DNA of 63,630 nt, filler included, from Octopus bimaculoides (lineage: Eukaryota), in NCBI RefSeq assembly GCF_001194135.2. It is 5 parts of 5 records of this genome, joined end to end, with 100 filler letters (N's around TTAATTAATTAA, not from the genome) between each part and the next. Parts side by side here need not be neighbours in the genome. Positions count along the whole stretch, not along the records: positions 1 to 29,019 come from NC_068997.1; 4 more parts are not named here. One strand, 5' to 3'. Every line of letters starts with the position of its first letter. The stretch's first letter is position 1. Below are positions 11,075-23,156 of the stretch, one piece after another. The notes beneath the pieces are model-generated. The model saw only the letters and a list, made by a program, of their open reading frames with translations, was not told the DNA's origin and searched no databases. Both the position numbers and the translations under genes were made by a program.

Positions 11075-11354
11075 GTTTGTCACATTCTTATCAGTTCCTA
11101 TGAATTAAAATTAAGGTCTTTCTGTTTGTTTGTTTTATAAATGCTGACATATCTGTATTGTTAAAAAATGATTCCTATTGCAACCATCTGATTCTGGGTT
11201 CAGTTCCACTGTGCATGACCTTGGGCGAGTATCTTCTCCAATACCCTCTGGTTGACCAATACCTTATCAGTGGAATTTTGTTGAAGGAAGCTGTGAGCTC
11301 ATCACACACATTCACCCACCTAATACACACAAGCACACCTTTTTTTTTTTAACT

Positions 11355-11700
11355 TTTGCTCATTTTAGTCATTTGACTGTGACCATGCTGGGGCACCACC
11401 TTGAAAAATTTTAGTCATACAAACTGAGCCCAGTACTTATTTTTTTTTTTTAGTTTGGTATTTATATCATTGGTCTTTTTCTCTTTTGCACTAAACCACT
11501 AAGTTACAAGGATGTAAACACACCATCACTGGTTGTCAAGCAATGGTGAGGGTACAAACACAGACATACAAACACACACACACACACACACATACATATA
11601 TATAATGGACTTCTTTCAGTTTCCATCTACCAAATCCATTCACAAGGCTTTGGTCAGCCCAAGGCTATTGTAGAAGACATTTGCCCAAGGTGCCATGCAT
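11355..11700 (-). mobile_element. SINE family B (CORE-like), CpG-depleted copy
   Basis: The minus strand contains GGCACCTTGGGCAAATGTCTTCTAC, a CORE-like domain, and the family tail. Confidence 0.8.
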
Positions 11701-12247
11701 TTGCATCTTTGTGTTTGTGTTAGTCCCTCACCACCATTTAAAAACCAGTGTTGGTTTGTTTACATCCATATAACTTAGCGGTGTGGCAAGAGAGACCAAT
11801 AGAATAAGTACTAGGCTTAAAAGAAAAACAGTCAATTCATTTGATGTAACCCCTTCAGGGCAGTGCTCCTAGCATAGTTGCAGTCCAATGACTGAAACTA
11901 GGAAAAGATAGAAAATATAGAGATATATATGATATGCTTCTTTCAGTTTCCATCTACCAAATAGGATCCGAAGGCTTTAGTGAACCTGAGTTTATTGTAG
12001 CAGGTTCTTGTCCAAGGTGCTACGCTGAGGGACTGAACCCAAAACGACATCATTGAGAAGCAAGCTCCTTAAATGCAGAGCCACTCCTGTGCCTAAAAGA
12101 AAAAAAAATTCAATTAACTTCATCATGCTAACAAGACATATTTCTGTCATCATCATTTAACATCCGTTTTTTACACACCATATCTGGTGCTATGTATACC
12201 CAGTTATTTTTGTTGTTGACTTTTTTCTTTTTTGTGTATGTCTCCAG

Positions 12248-12406
12248 GATCTTGGTCTGGCACAGAATGCCGCTAGCGAAACTAAATCCCCAACACCACT
12301 TGGTGGAATGGCCTTGCATTTGTACAGAATTATGTGTAACAATGGCTTTTCTGAAAAGGATTTTTCATCTGTCTATAAGTTCCTGCTAACAATGGAATCC
12401 AACTAA
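12248..12406 (+). CDS. HIBADH: HIBADH terminal coding exon (DLGLAQNAASETKSPTPLGGMALHLYRIMCNNGFSEKDFSSVYKFLLTMESN*)
   Basis: CTCCAG acceptor, phase 0, TAA stop at 12404-12406, DLGLAQ and KDFSS motifs. Confidence 0.96.
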   Translation, partial: DLGLAQNAASETKSPTPLGGMALHLYRIMCNNGFSEKDFSSVYKFLLTMESN

Positions 12407-13017
12407 ATACACCATTACCAATAGTGTCAGAAACAGCAACTGCACCATCAGGAATAGCAAAACTACCCCTGCCCACTAATACCACCAGACTGACACCATC
12501 AACAACACTAATGCCAGCCACTCCAACAACACCACCAGCTCAATTGTCAGGAATAGCAGCACCCATCCTCACCACCAACACCTCCACTACCGACAATATC
12601 GTTGTCACTAACAACATGAACACCACCACCAATATGATGAGGAAACCTCTTTGTGATTGTTCCAACAGCTAGAAATAGCAATCAAATCTCCACACATTGT
12701 CTGAAATAAGGATACAATGATCATGACAGGAATTCTTTTGGTCATATCTTCTCAGTCAGGGCTGACCTACTGCTTTACTACTACTACTACTACAACAACA
12801 GCACCAAAAGCCACTACCTACAACACTAATGCATCTATTGCCTTGTTATTTTGGTTGTTAGTATTAATTCCACAAAGGTTTTTTCCTTTTTTCATCCTTT
12901 CGAGGTTGATAAAATCAGTACCAGTTGAGTTCTGAAGTTGATCTAATCAACTTGGCCCCTTCCCTGAAATTGCTGGCCTTGTGTCAAAATTTGATGCCAA
13001 TATTAATCCCCATTTAA

Positions 13018-13230
13018 GGCAGCAAGCTAGCAGAATTGTTAGCACACCAGGCAAAATGTTCACTGGTCTTTCGTCTGTCTTTACATTCTGAGTTCAAATT
13101 CTGCCAAGATTGACTTTGCCTTTTATCCTTTCGGGATTGATAAAATAAAGTACCAGTTGAATACTGAGATTAATGTAATCAGTTTACCCACTTCCCCGAA
13201 ATTGCTGGCTTTGTGCCAAAATTTGAAACC
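13018..13230 (+). mobile_element. SINE family A copy in the HIBADH 3' region
   Basis: AGGCAGCAAGCTAGCAG...GAGTTCAAATTC...GGCTTTGTGCC. Confidence 0.8.
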
Positions 13231-13742
13231 GTTATTTTTATCATTATTAGGATGGCAAGTTGACAGAATCATTAACACTTTGGAAGTTAAGCAGATTTAA
13301 GAATGATGTGAAACATTTGTGGTAACTCCTGTGGTATTCTCATGATTAGCCATGAGAAAAGAAAAATATAACTGATAAAAATTAAAACTGAAATAAAAAA
13401 AAAAGAAAGAAAAATTTTTTAAGCCACTTTTGATGTTCGGTTTGGAAAGATTAATTTCTTTAACAGAAGGGGACTCACATTCTTATAACTATTTTTTTTT
13501 TCCATTTTCTTTTCTTTTCTGTTTTACCTAGGACATTTTGTATTTTAATTTTGGAAAAGAATCTCAGAAAATTAATTTTGAAAAAAATTGTAAAATATCA
13601 AAACTTTTCTTTTTCTCGTTTTATGAATTTAACATCATGTGTAGCAGAAATTGGGGGGAAGGATTTATGTGTAAAAAAAAATTATAACAAATTTCTAAAA
13701 ATACTCATTTTATAATTTTTGAAAAATTGTTGTGTGAAATGA

Positions 13743-13748
13743 AATAAA
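13743..13748 (+). terminator. Candidate polyadenylation signal (AATAAA) for HIBADH; alternative at 13392-13397
   Basis: AATAAA at the end of a U-rich stretch (13400-13740) about 1.3 kb after the stop codon, with T/GT-rich sequence downstream. Not unique. Confidence 0.35.
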
Positions 13749-13964
13749 AGCAAGCTATATACAGAAATATTCATAGTTTTGTACAAGTCTTCAATATATT
13801 TTTATTATTTTATTTTATTGTGAGGCAGTGAACTGGCAACATTGTTTGCATGCCAGACAAACTGCATTTCTTTTGGCCTTACATTCTCAGTTCAAATTCC
13901 ACTGAAGTTAACTTTGCATTTCATCCTTTTGGGGTTGATAAAATAAATACCATTTGAACACTTA

Positions 13965-14110
13965 TAATGGATGGAACTTGTGGAAAAGGGAGACTTCGGA
14001 AGACATGGGATAAAGTATTGAAGTCCAGTCTCAAGGCACTGAGTACAAAGGAGTTGACAAAATACCAAGATATCTGGTGCCTTATTATATTCAAGAAGAC
14101 CCATTCTTCA
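13965..14110 (+). mobile_element. RTE LINE C-terminal fragment
   Basis: Peptide DGTCGKGRLRKTWDKVLKSSLKAL resembles the RTE GRPRKTW C-terminal motif. Confidence 0.6.
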
Positions 14111-14119
14111 CATCAGAAT

Positions 14120-14615
14120 TGCTTAGCGAGGAGGGTGATTTTGGACATCATAACAAGGAGACAACTGCCCCACAAAAAGGTCTATGCCACAATTGTCAGT
14201 GTTTGCATGCCCACAATGAGTAACCTTCAAGAAATGAAAGAGGAATTCTATTCTAAGCAAAGGGAGGGGCCGTGCAAAGTTTCCTGCAAAGACAAGCTGA
14301 TAATTGCAACAATTATCTTGATGCAAGAGTAGGAAAAGATGCTGACAGATGGCCTCGTGTGATAGGCAAACATGAAGTAAGCAAGTGCAATTCAAACAGT
14401 GAGCTTTTTCTAGCCTTCTGCACTAAATTCAGCCTAGTTATTACAAACACTGTCTTCAAGTACAAAGACCACTTGCATGCACCCTCGCTCCAAGCATTGG
14501 CACTTGTTAGACTACGTGATTACTTTGAGGAGAGATTAGAATAATGTTTTGGTTACAAGAGCCACGAGAGGTGCCGACTGCTCTACTGATCACCACCTGA
14601 TCAGATCAAAGGTCG
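14120..14615 (+). mobile_element. Decayed RTE (BovB-like) APE endonuclease fragment
   Basis: Frameshifted peptides LDARVGKDADRWPRVIGKH..CNSNSELFLAFCTKFSLVITNTVF and MHPRSKHWHLLDYVI...RGADCSTDHHLIRSK. Confidence 0.8.
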
Positions 14616-15534
14616 CTTTTTCCTGTTCAACCATACAAACCATGCCAGTATGGAACATGGACGTTAGTAGTAATTGGTGGTGGTGGTGGTGGTGGTTGTG
14701 GTGACGACGTCGACGATTTTAACATTTTAAAAGTGTTTGAGCTGAGATTTTTTCCTGTCCAAGTTGCCTACATTTTATGGTCACGCTCACCTTGCAGTAA
14801 TGGTGCACGATAAGAACATTATACACCAACTACAGCCTTTTAATATACTTTAAAAAAAGTAAAAAATAAAGGCATAACCTCCGTTACAATGTTTCCCTAA
14901 CAGTTGAGAGAGAGTTGTATCGGAAATAAAAGATGTTGCTAGGAGTAAAACAAGAGGAATAACTCATGAACAAACATTTGCTGTTATCTCCCCTGGCGAG
15001 AGATTGCTCATTTTATACATTCGTGTACAGATGAGCGAGCACGCATACATTACGCATAGTTTACTATTTTGTTGCAAGGACCCCGAGTGTAGATAATTAT
15101 AAAAAATAAAAAAGCATATAGTTTCGAAAGTTGCGTTGATTACATGGTGTCTCGGTAATTAATATGTGTATGTATACGCGCGCGCGCACGCACACACACA
15201 CACATATATACTGCTTTTTTTTTTTCTTTCGGAAAAGTTTTTTACTCGATTGCTTGGAAGTGCTCAGGTCGAGCCCGAGACGTTAGACAATGTATAACTT
15301 GGTATAAAAATAGACAAACATTTAGATAATCAGTTATATTCATGATTTACATCAACCTAATAAAAACATACGTAGGCATAACACACAATTACAAAACAAG
15401 GAACATATTTATATATTGTTTAGAAACCTATTTATATATTGTTTAGAACAAGGAACCTATTTATATATTATTTAGAAAGAAATTTAAATTTAAGGTGAAG
15501 AATTAAAAGTTATAACAGACATCGACAGTACTCT

Positions 15535-15885
15535 TTTGCTTGTTTCAGTCATTTGACTGCGGCCATGCTAGAGCACCGCCTTTAGTCGAGCAAATCGACC
15601 CCAGGACTTATTCTTTGTAAGCCAAGTACTTATTCTATCGGTCTCTTTGCCGTACCGCTAAGTTACGGGAACGTAAACACACCAGTATCGGTTATCAAAC
15701 ACACATACACATATATATATATACATATATACGACGGGCTTCTTTCAGTTTCCGTCTACCAAATCCACTCACAAGGCTTTGGTCGGCCCGAGGCTATAGT
15801 AGAAGACACTTACCCAACATGCCTCGCTGTGGGATTGAACTCGGAACCACGCATGTGGTTAGGAAACAAACTTCTTGTCACACAG
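15535..15885 (-). mobile_element. SINE family B (CORE-like), CpG-retaining copy
   Basis: Full tRNA-like head, CORE-like segment and tail. Further copies at about 18415-18790, 28370-28790, 52365-52690 and 59545-59710 (-), and 22860-23060 and 32145-32360 (+). Confidence 0.85.
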
Positions 15886-16405
15886 CCTTGCATGCATATA
15901 CGTCTGGATGTGCGTACATACATACATAACTGGGGAGGGGGAAGATATCATTATACACATTGCTATAATGATGCAAATGCATAGATATACAGAGATGATC
16001 TGATCACATGCTAAACGTTTTAAATATAAATGCTAAACTTTGCTATGAAGTAAATCTATAGACTTTAGCCGTCACTGTATTTGTAAACTAATTAAATACA
16101 TTAGACACATGAGACAATCGTAAATAACTGTCATGTTATATGATTTCACTCTGAGCAAGAAAAGAGGGATCGATTGGACAATAGATTCAAATGTCTTTAA
16201 GCGATCTCTACAGCAACCGATTACCCTACCGGAAACCATGAAATTGTATTTAAAGATATTGTTGTTATTAGGAATGTAACTTAATCAAATAGACGGATTT
16301 ATTGATATCAATATCAATAAATTTATTGATACACAGACGTCATTGGATAATAGTTACATTGAGAGAAATAGAGAGACGTCATTAAATTACATATATTTAT
16401 ATATA

Positions 16406-17742
16406 CGAGGGTTATACTGAAACCATTCCAAAAGTGGGCATGACTTTATATCAGTTGTTTGTGTGTGTGTGTGTGTGTGTAAGCTATGCATGATCAATAT
16501 AATATATATATTTTATTCTAAAATCGACTGTCACAAACAAAGCCTTTCTAGGGCTCACCATTCATTTAAAACAAGAAGCAATTGTTACACACTACACGAC
16601 ACCCCATAAAACAAAGTTAGACAGGAAAATACGAAAGTAAATGTAAAAGTGGGCACATCTTATTTTATTAACTGACATTGGACGTTTAAATTGCAAATGT
16701 TGTTAGAGTAACTCTTCTTCTATACAAAAGTATAACTCAACATAGTTTCCATCTCAAGTGATGCGTTTGCCTCAAATCCTCTTTCTAGAATTCGGGTATG
16801 CACTATTGTATTCACTTCTTTACAGCCGTTTACATCCCCGTCTGTGTTATAAAATCGATGCCTCTGAAGACTGTCCTTCATGGATCGAACAGATAAAAGT
16901 CAGAGGGCGCCAATTCCACGTTGTACGGACCAGGTTTATTTTCTGATTCCTTGATTTGTAGTCAAAGATTTGTTGGGTCACGCACTATCATAGTTAATGT
17001 GGGACATTGTGAAATTCTTGTTTGGTCTTTTCCTTCTGATGGTTTCTCTAAGCTTTTGTGTGTCTCAATGAACCGCTCTCTTGTTATCCTCCTCCAAAAC
17101 GGTCATCATTATTTTCTGTACTGATCGCTGGCTCTTGAATTTATTAGGCCTTGGAGATGTGTGACACCATTCCATGAACTGGGTCTTCAGTTTCCTGTCG
17201 TCAAATCAGAATTCTCCCTGTAAATCAGAGCAGACTCCTACCCTTTTCTCCTTCAAATTGGATACCAACTATCGAGGTACGCACTTCGATATCCGAAGTC
17301 CGGCACCACCTTCTGTAACGCATTGTAAGCACTGTCCAGTCGTTCAGCAACGTTGCGGATTGCGACTTGTCTGTTCGTGTGAATCATTTCATCCATTCAC
17401 TGGTGATTCGTACCAGGGGTCGCTGTTGATGGTTTCCTACTGCGTAGTTTGTTTTCAAAATTGCTTTCGCTTTCTTTAAACTTCTTTCATCTCTGCACGT
17501 TATTCTTGCCACTGGTGTCATTTCTGCAAATAAGCTCCAACATTTTGTGTATATCGGAATGCTTCTACAGCTCCTTCAAGAACTCAATGACCACACGTTA
17601 TTTCAGATTGGAACATATTGTTTGCTTACAATGAAGAACAAGAAGAGTTACTCTACAAATATGTACAATATGAGCGACCTTTGTCAGTAAATACAAACTT
17701 GCTACGCCCGCGCTTAAATTACTTTCGTATACACAACCGTCG
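16406..17742 (-). mobile_element. Decayed full-length mariner transposon (about 1.34 kb)
   Basis: TA-flanked degenerate TIRs (TA|CGAGGGTTAT and ACAACCGTCG|TA). Minus-strand peptides KLKTQFMEWCHTSPRPNKFKSQRSVQKIMMTV, KLRETIRRKRP and DGNYVE. Confidence 0.75.
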
Positions 17743-17803
17743 TATACACAGATGTAATTAAAACACATCGCCTTTTAGAAATGAATATATATATAAGTAC
17801 ATG

Positions 17804-18130
17804 TCATTGGACTACACCGCTACACCGACTTAAATATGCAGTTTCCGCTTGCAAGTCTACGTCTTCGCCGTCTGATAGAAACTCGTCCAAGTCACGTTGG
17901 AATTCTGCACTAAAGACCATCTCAAGGATACTATCATCGATCACTGGAAGACTGTACGGTATCCCGATCTCGTTTCCCTCCGCCAAGGCTTCAAGGACGC
18001 AGTCTACTTTATGTTCAAGGTCGTCTAACCATTCGGGAAGATCTGAAATCTGAACTATCCCCGGAAATGGTCCATTTAATATGTCTTCTTCTTGAGAGAT
18101 GTCCTCATTGATATGGGTTTTTTCAGCCAT
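17804..18130 (-). CDS. Orphan intronless ORF, 108 aa, highly acidic; function unknown
   Basis: ATG in CTCATGG context, non-repetitive peptide, GC-richer than its flanks, 27 D/E versus 4 K/R. No family recognised. Confidence 0.35.
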   Translation of the reverse strand: MAEKTHINEDISQEEDILNGPFPGIVQISDLPEWLDDLEHKVDCVLEALAEGNEIGIPYSLPVIDDSILEMVFSAEFQRDLDEFLSDGEDVDLQAETAYLSRCSGVVQ

Positions 18131-18314
18131 GAGGATAACAATATTCAATGTTTTTATGTATGTGTGAAGCCCCTATGACTAATGTAGACAGAATTCATTT
18201 AATTTCATTCTTGTTTTCTTGTTTTTTCTCTTATTTCTTCGTTCAGAAACTTGGTTATATAATTTAGTTACCTAGAAAGCAAACAGAATTTGGAATTATT
18301 ATTATTGTTGTTGA

Positions 18315-18362
<48 letters not shown>

Positions 18363-18822
18363 CATTATCATCATCATCATCACTATCATCATCAACATCA
18401 TCATCATTATCATCTTTTGACTTGTTTCAGTCATTAGACTGCGGCCATGCTGGGGTACCACGTTGGAGAGATTTAGTCGAACAAATCGATTCCAGGATTT
18501 GTTTTTTAAGCCTATTCTATCAGTTTCTTTTGCCGAATCGCTAAGTTATGAGGACGTAAACACACCAATACCAGTTGTCAAACAGTGATGGGGGACAAAC
18601 ACAGATGCAAAGACACACACACACATACATATATACGACGGTCTTCTTTCAGTTTCCGTCTGCCAAATCAACTCACAAGGCTTTGGTTAGCCCGAGGCTA
18701 CAAAAGACGACACTTACCCAAGACGTCAAGCAGTGAGACTATACCCGGAACCATGTGGTTGGGAAGCAAGCTTCTAACCACACAGCCACGCTTTATTATT
18801 ATCATAATCATAAAGGCGGCGC

Positions 18823-19135
18823 GCTGACAGAAAAGTTTAGCGGTATTTTGTCTATCTTTACGTTCTGAGTTCAAATTCCGCCGAGGTCGACTTTGCCTTT
18901 CTTCCTTTCGGGGTAGATAAATTAAGCACCGGTTGCGTACTGGAGTCGATCCAATCGACTGGCCTCCTCCACCAAAATTTCGGGCCTTGTGCCTAGAGTA
19001 GAAAAGAATCGTTAGCGCGCTGGACGAGATGTTTAGCGGTGTTTTGCCCATCGCTACATTCTGAGTTCAAATTCCGCCAAAGTTGACTTTGCCCTTCATC
19101 CTTTCGGAGTCGATAAAATAAGTACCAGTTGAACG
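18823..19135 (+). mobile_element. Two tandem SINE family A copies
   Basis: AAGGCGGCGCGCTGACAG...GAGTTCAAATTCCGCC; second copy starts near 19010. Confidence 0.8.
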
Positions 19136-20265
19136 CATGCGATTTATAATAACAAAAAAAAAAATACATTAGTCGTATGGAAAATAAGTTCTAGAACAGT
19201 TACATTCAGCCAACCTTTTGATCCAGAAATAAACTCCTATTCGTTAAAATATTTCTCAAGCTTGAATGTGAAAGAAATCGACAACAGATTTATATTTTAG
19301 TCCGTTGTTGATAATACATAAATTTCTTGTACATCAGCGGTTCACAAAAATACCTACTCTGCCTTGCCGAAAATATTCATTTTCCTAATGCAATCTCTTG
19401 ATGTGCTGAACATAAAATGTGAGCAAATGTCGAAATGCGGACATTAAAATAATCATCTTCTAAAGTATTTTTTATTACAAACACTAATGTCGCGTAACAT
19501 ATTGGCAACGGTTATACGAGAAATCCATAACAGGTTGTCAGAGATTGTTCATTCCCATTATTTCCTTGTTTCCTAGCAACAAATGTTATAAATAGCATGT
19601 CATCGCTTTCACAATTATTACGACCACAACCACTATCATCCCCCCGCCCAATTACTCTCACCACTATACCAACCACTGTAGCCGTGACTATAACTGCTAC
19701 AGTCACTACTACTTCCATCACCACTACAACCTATACCACTGCTACTACAACACTACCGCCACAACACTATAGCCATTTAATTTAATTACAGCTACCACAT
19801 TATAACCAATGTAAACACCACTACACCCATTACTGCCATCACCACTACAGCTACCACTACCACCACCACCACTATAACAATAACTGCTACAATCTTAACC
19901 ACACCAGCATTCACTACCTCAGTCATAACCACTATAATCACGTCCACTAATGCCACTAAAAACAAAACTCAACAACCATCACCATGGTAACCATTAAGAA
20001 CAGTCAAACACTACCGCCACTACAGGCATGCATACCATAACCACTACTTGAACTACCACCGTAACTATCACCTACATAACTACCACTAATACTACCTCCG
20101 CAACAACTACTAGCAATGACACCCCTGGCACAACTACAAGTACAACAACCACTGCCTCAACAACACCCAGCACCAACACTACAACTACTGGTACAATACC
20201 ACCACCACCACCACTACTACTTCTATTACTACTACTATTACTACTATTATCACTACTACTTTTAT

Positions 20266-20303
<38 letters not shown>

Positions 20304-21698
20304 ACATTTCTACAACTTCACCTCTACTATCGCCCAAACCACCGCAATCACAATCATCACTGCTACTACCACAATCACCGCGTCGCTACAACTACCATCA
20401 CTATAATCTCCAATACTAGAATCACTACAACCTACCCATCTCTACTGTGGCCAAAGCCACAATCACAGCCACTATCACATATACCATCACCCTTAACAAC
20501 CCCCTAAAATCATTACAATACCACCATTACCAATACCATCTCCACAACACCACAGTTACACTCACAATCACTACCACTACAACCACCGCCAGAACTGTTA
20601 TTGCTATAATTAATATCACTACTATTACACACAACCACTTCTACCACCACCACTACTACTTTCGCTACGCTCTACCTCCATCATCACCAACCACTGCTAC
20701 TATCACCGCAACCACCATTACCACCACCATCACAATCGCCACTATTCACACAAATCCACCAATGTTACCATCACCAACTACTATCACCACCACCACCATT
20801 GCCACCACCACCACCACTACCACAACCACCATTGCCACCACTACTATCACTACCTCCACAATCGCCACTATTCTTACCAAAACCATTAACACCACCATCA
20901 TCAACCACCACCACCACCACCACTACCACTGCCACCACCACTACCACCACTACCACTGCCACCACCACCACCACCACTACCACTGCCACNNNNNNNNNNN
21001 NNNNNNNNNNNNNNNNNNNNNNNNNNNNNNNNNNNNNNNNNNNNNNNNNNNNNNNNNNNNNNNNNNNNNNNNNNNNNNNNNNNNNNNNNNNNNNNNNNNN
21101 NNNNNNNNNNNNNNNNNNNNNNNNNNNNNNNNNNNNNNNNNNNNNNNNNNNNNNNNNNNNNNNNNNNNNNNNNNNNNNNNNNNNNNNNNNNNNNNNNNNN
21201 NNNNNNNNNNNNNNNNNNNNNNNNNNNNNNNNNNNNNNNNNNNNNNNNNNNNNNNNNNNNNNNNNNNNNNNNNNNNNNNNNNNNNNNNNNNNNNNNNNNN
21301 NNNNNNNNNNNNNNNNNNNNNNNNNNNNNNNNNNNNNNNNNNNNNNNNNNNNNNNNNNNNNNNNNNNNNNNNNNNNNNNNNNNNNNNNNNNNNNNNNNNN
21401 NNNNNNNNNNNNNNNNNNNNNNNNNNNNNNNNNNNNNNNNNNNNNNNNNNNNNNNNNNNNNNNNNNNNNNNNNNNNNACTATCATCAATCATGGCCGACG
21501 TAACTAATTTTCTTGATGTGTTTTCATTTCGTCGGCGGAATTTCTCTACTTTTGTCTCAGTTGCTTTTATTTTCTGTATTCATTTTGTCATATTTCGTGT
21601 GTGTGTGAGTTAGTGAGATGTATATATATATATATATGGGTGTAAAGCTATGCATGTGAACGTGTTTCCTTTTGTCAGTTACTTCATTATATACGATA

Positions 21699-21741
<43 letters not shown>

Positions 21742-22279
21742 AAGTAGTATTTGTTTTTGCTCTTGTTTTGTTCATTTAGCTGTCGTTTTCTTACAAGCAA
21801 AGCTATGTTAGCGAGCGAGCAACAATGTAATCAACACAAAGATAATGGTAATACCGCCCTCCCTCCTTCCCCACCATTACCATTACAATTACGACCACCA
21901 CCATTACCGCCACTGCTAATACCATTACTAACAACCATCAACACCAACAGCTCTACCAGCATGAATACCATCATCACAACTATAAGCCACGCAGTATTAA
22001 GATTCTACGTGGTCTCTCGAATTTCTAGTAGCAGCCAAATTTCACTCTGCCATTTTAAGAAGAAGAAGAAAAGATGGTGGTTATACATTGGGTGATGTAA
22101 TTCTGGAAGTCCACTGCTTCTGGCTGAACAGATGGGATGGTCATGGCAGGAATGCCCGATTAATCATAGAGTTCCTTAATGAGGACTGACCCATAGCTAA
22201 ACAACGGCATTGTCATTGACACCAACATCACATCTTCTATGTCACTATATGTGACACGCCATCGAGGGAGCGTCTATGT

Positions 22280-22605
22280 GATCGCTAAATTTGTTAGAAA
22301 TAGCACCCAAGATCTCCCTCGAATCACATCCTACTGTCTTAAATATCGAAACGATAAACCGGATATTGCAGTCTTTAGGATGACAAGGTCACATTTGGAA
22401 AGCTTTTGATCAGAGACATATTCAATCATTAAGAAATAACAGCCTAAATCTCCCTCAATTCATGCTCTACCGTTTTAAACAGCGAAAGGATATATTGAAT
22501 ATTGCAGTCTTGCATATTCTTTAAATGACGAGAAGGTCACCGTTGGAATGCTTCTGATCATAGATTTGCTCATCCGTGGTTAACCTAGGGCTAAACAACA
22601 ACAAA
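22280..22605 (+). repeat. Two diverged tandem units of an unclassified repeat (AGAAATAGCANCCAAATCTCCCTC...GGGCTAAACAACAAC)
   Basis: The same motif recurs at about 48100-48290, 49820-49990 and 52145-52330. Confidence 0.55.
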
Positions 22606-23110
22606 GCCAACGACCTTCATCAAGAACACTAATATTAAGATCCCTGATGACACTAGTATCGACACCACCATCACTTTCCGACTGTCTAATTTCTGTTTAA
22701 CCCTGAGCGAGGAGAATTCTGATCAAAAGCGTTCCAGCTGAGACGATTCTGTCATTTCCTCGTGTGTTACGCACATAAGCACTACAATACTCCAAGATCA
22801 CGTAAATGTCTTTCCTAACATTACATGGATAGCCCGAAAAAACTACCTTAGCTTTAGCTAGACTCTGTGTGTGTTTGTACCCTCACCATTGCTTGACAAC
22901 CGATGTTGCTGTGGTTACGTTCCCATAACTCAGCGGTTCGGCAAAAGACACTAATAGAATAAGTACTATGCTTACAAACAATAAATCCTGTGGTCGGTTT
23001 GTTCGACCAAAGGCGATGCTCCAGCATACCCGCAGTCACATGACTAAAACAAGTAAAACAATACAAAAAAACTATGTCATTTTAATCCCGTGCAAGACCG
23101 GGTATCTCTG

Positions 23111-23156
<46 letters not shown>

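Noticed and set aside
15398-15478. Three imperfect 24-30-bp tandem units (CCTATTTATATATTGTTTAGAA); similar small duplications at 24177-24290 and 47280-47400
   Set aside because: Ordinary local slippage duplications with no unique spacers; not CRISPR-like.
20447-21613. 388-aa Thr/His-rich ORF
   Set aside because: It is a cryptic ACC/ACT microsatellite plus about 490 N read through as X; no splice or codon evidence.
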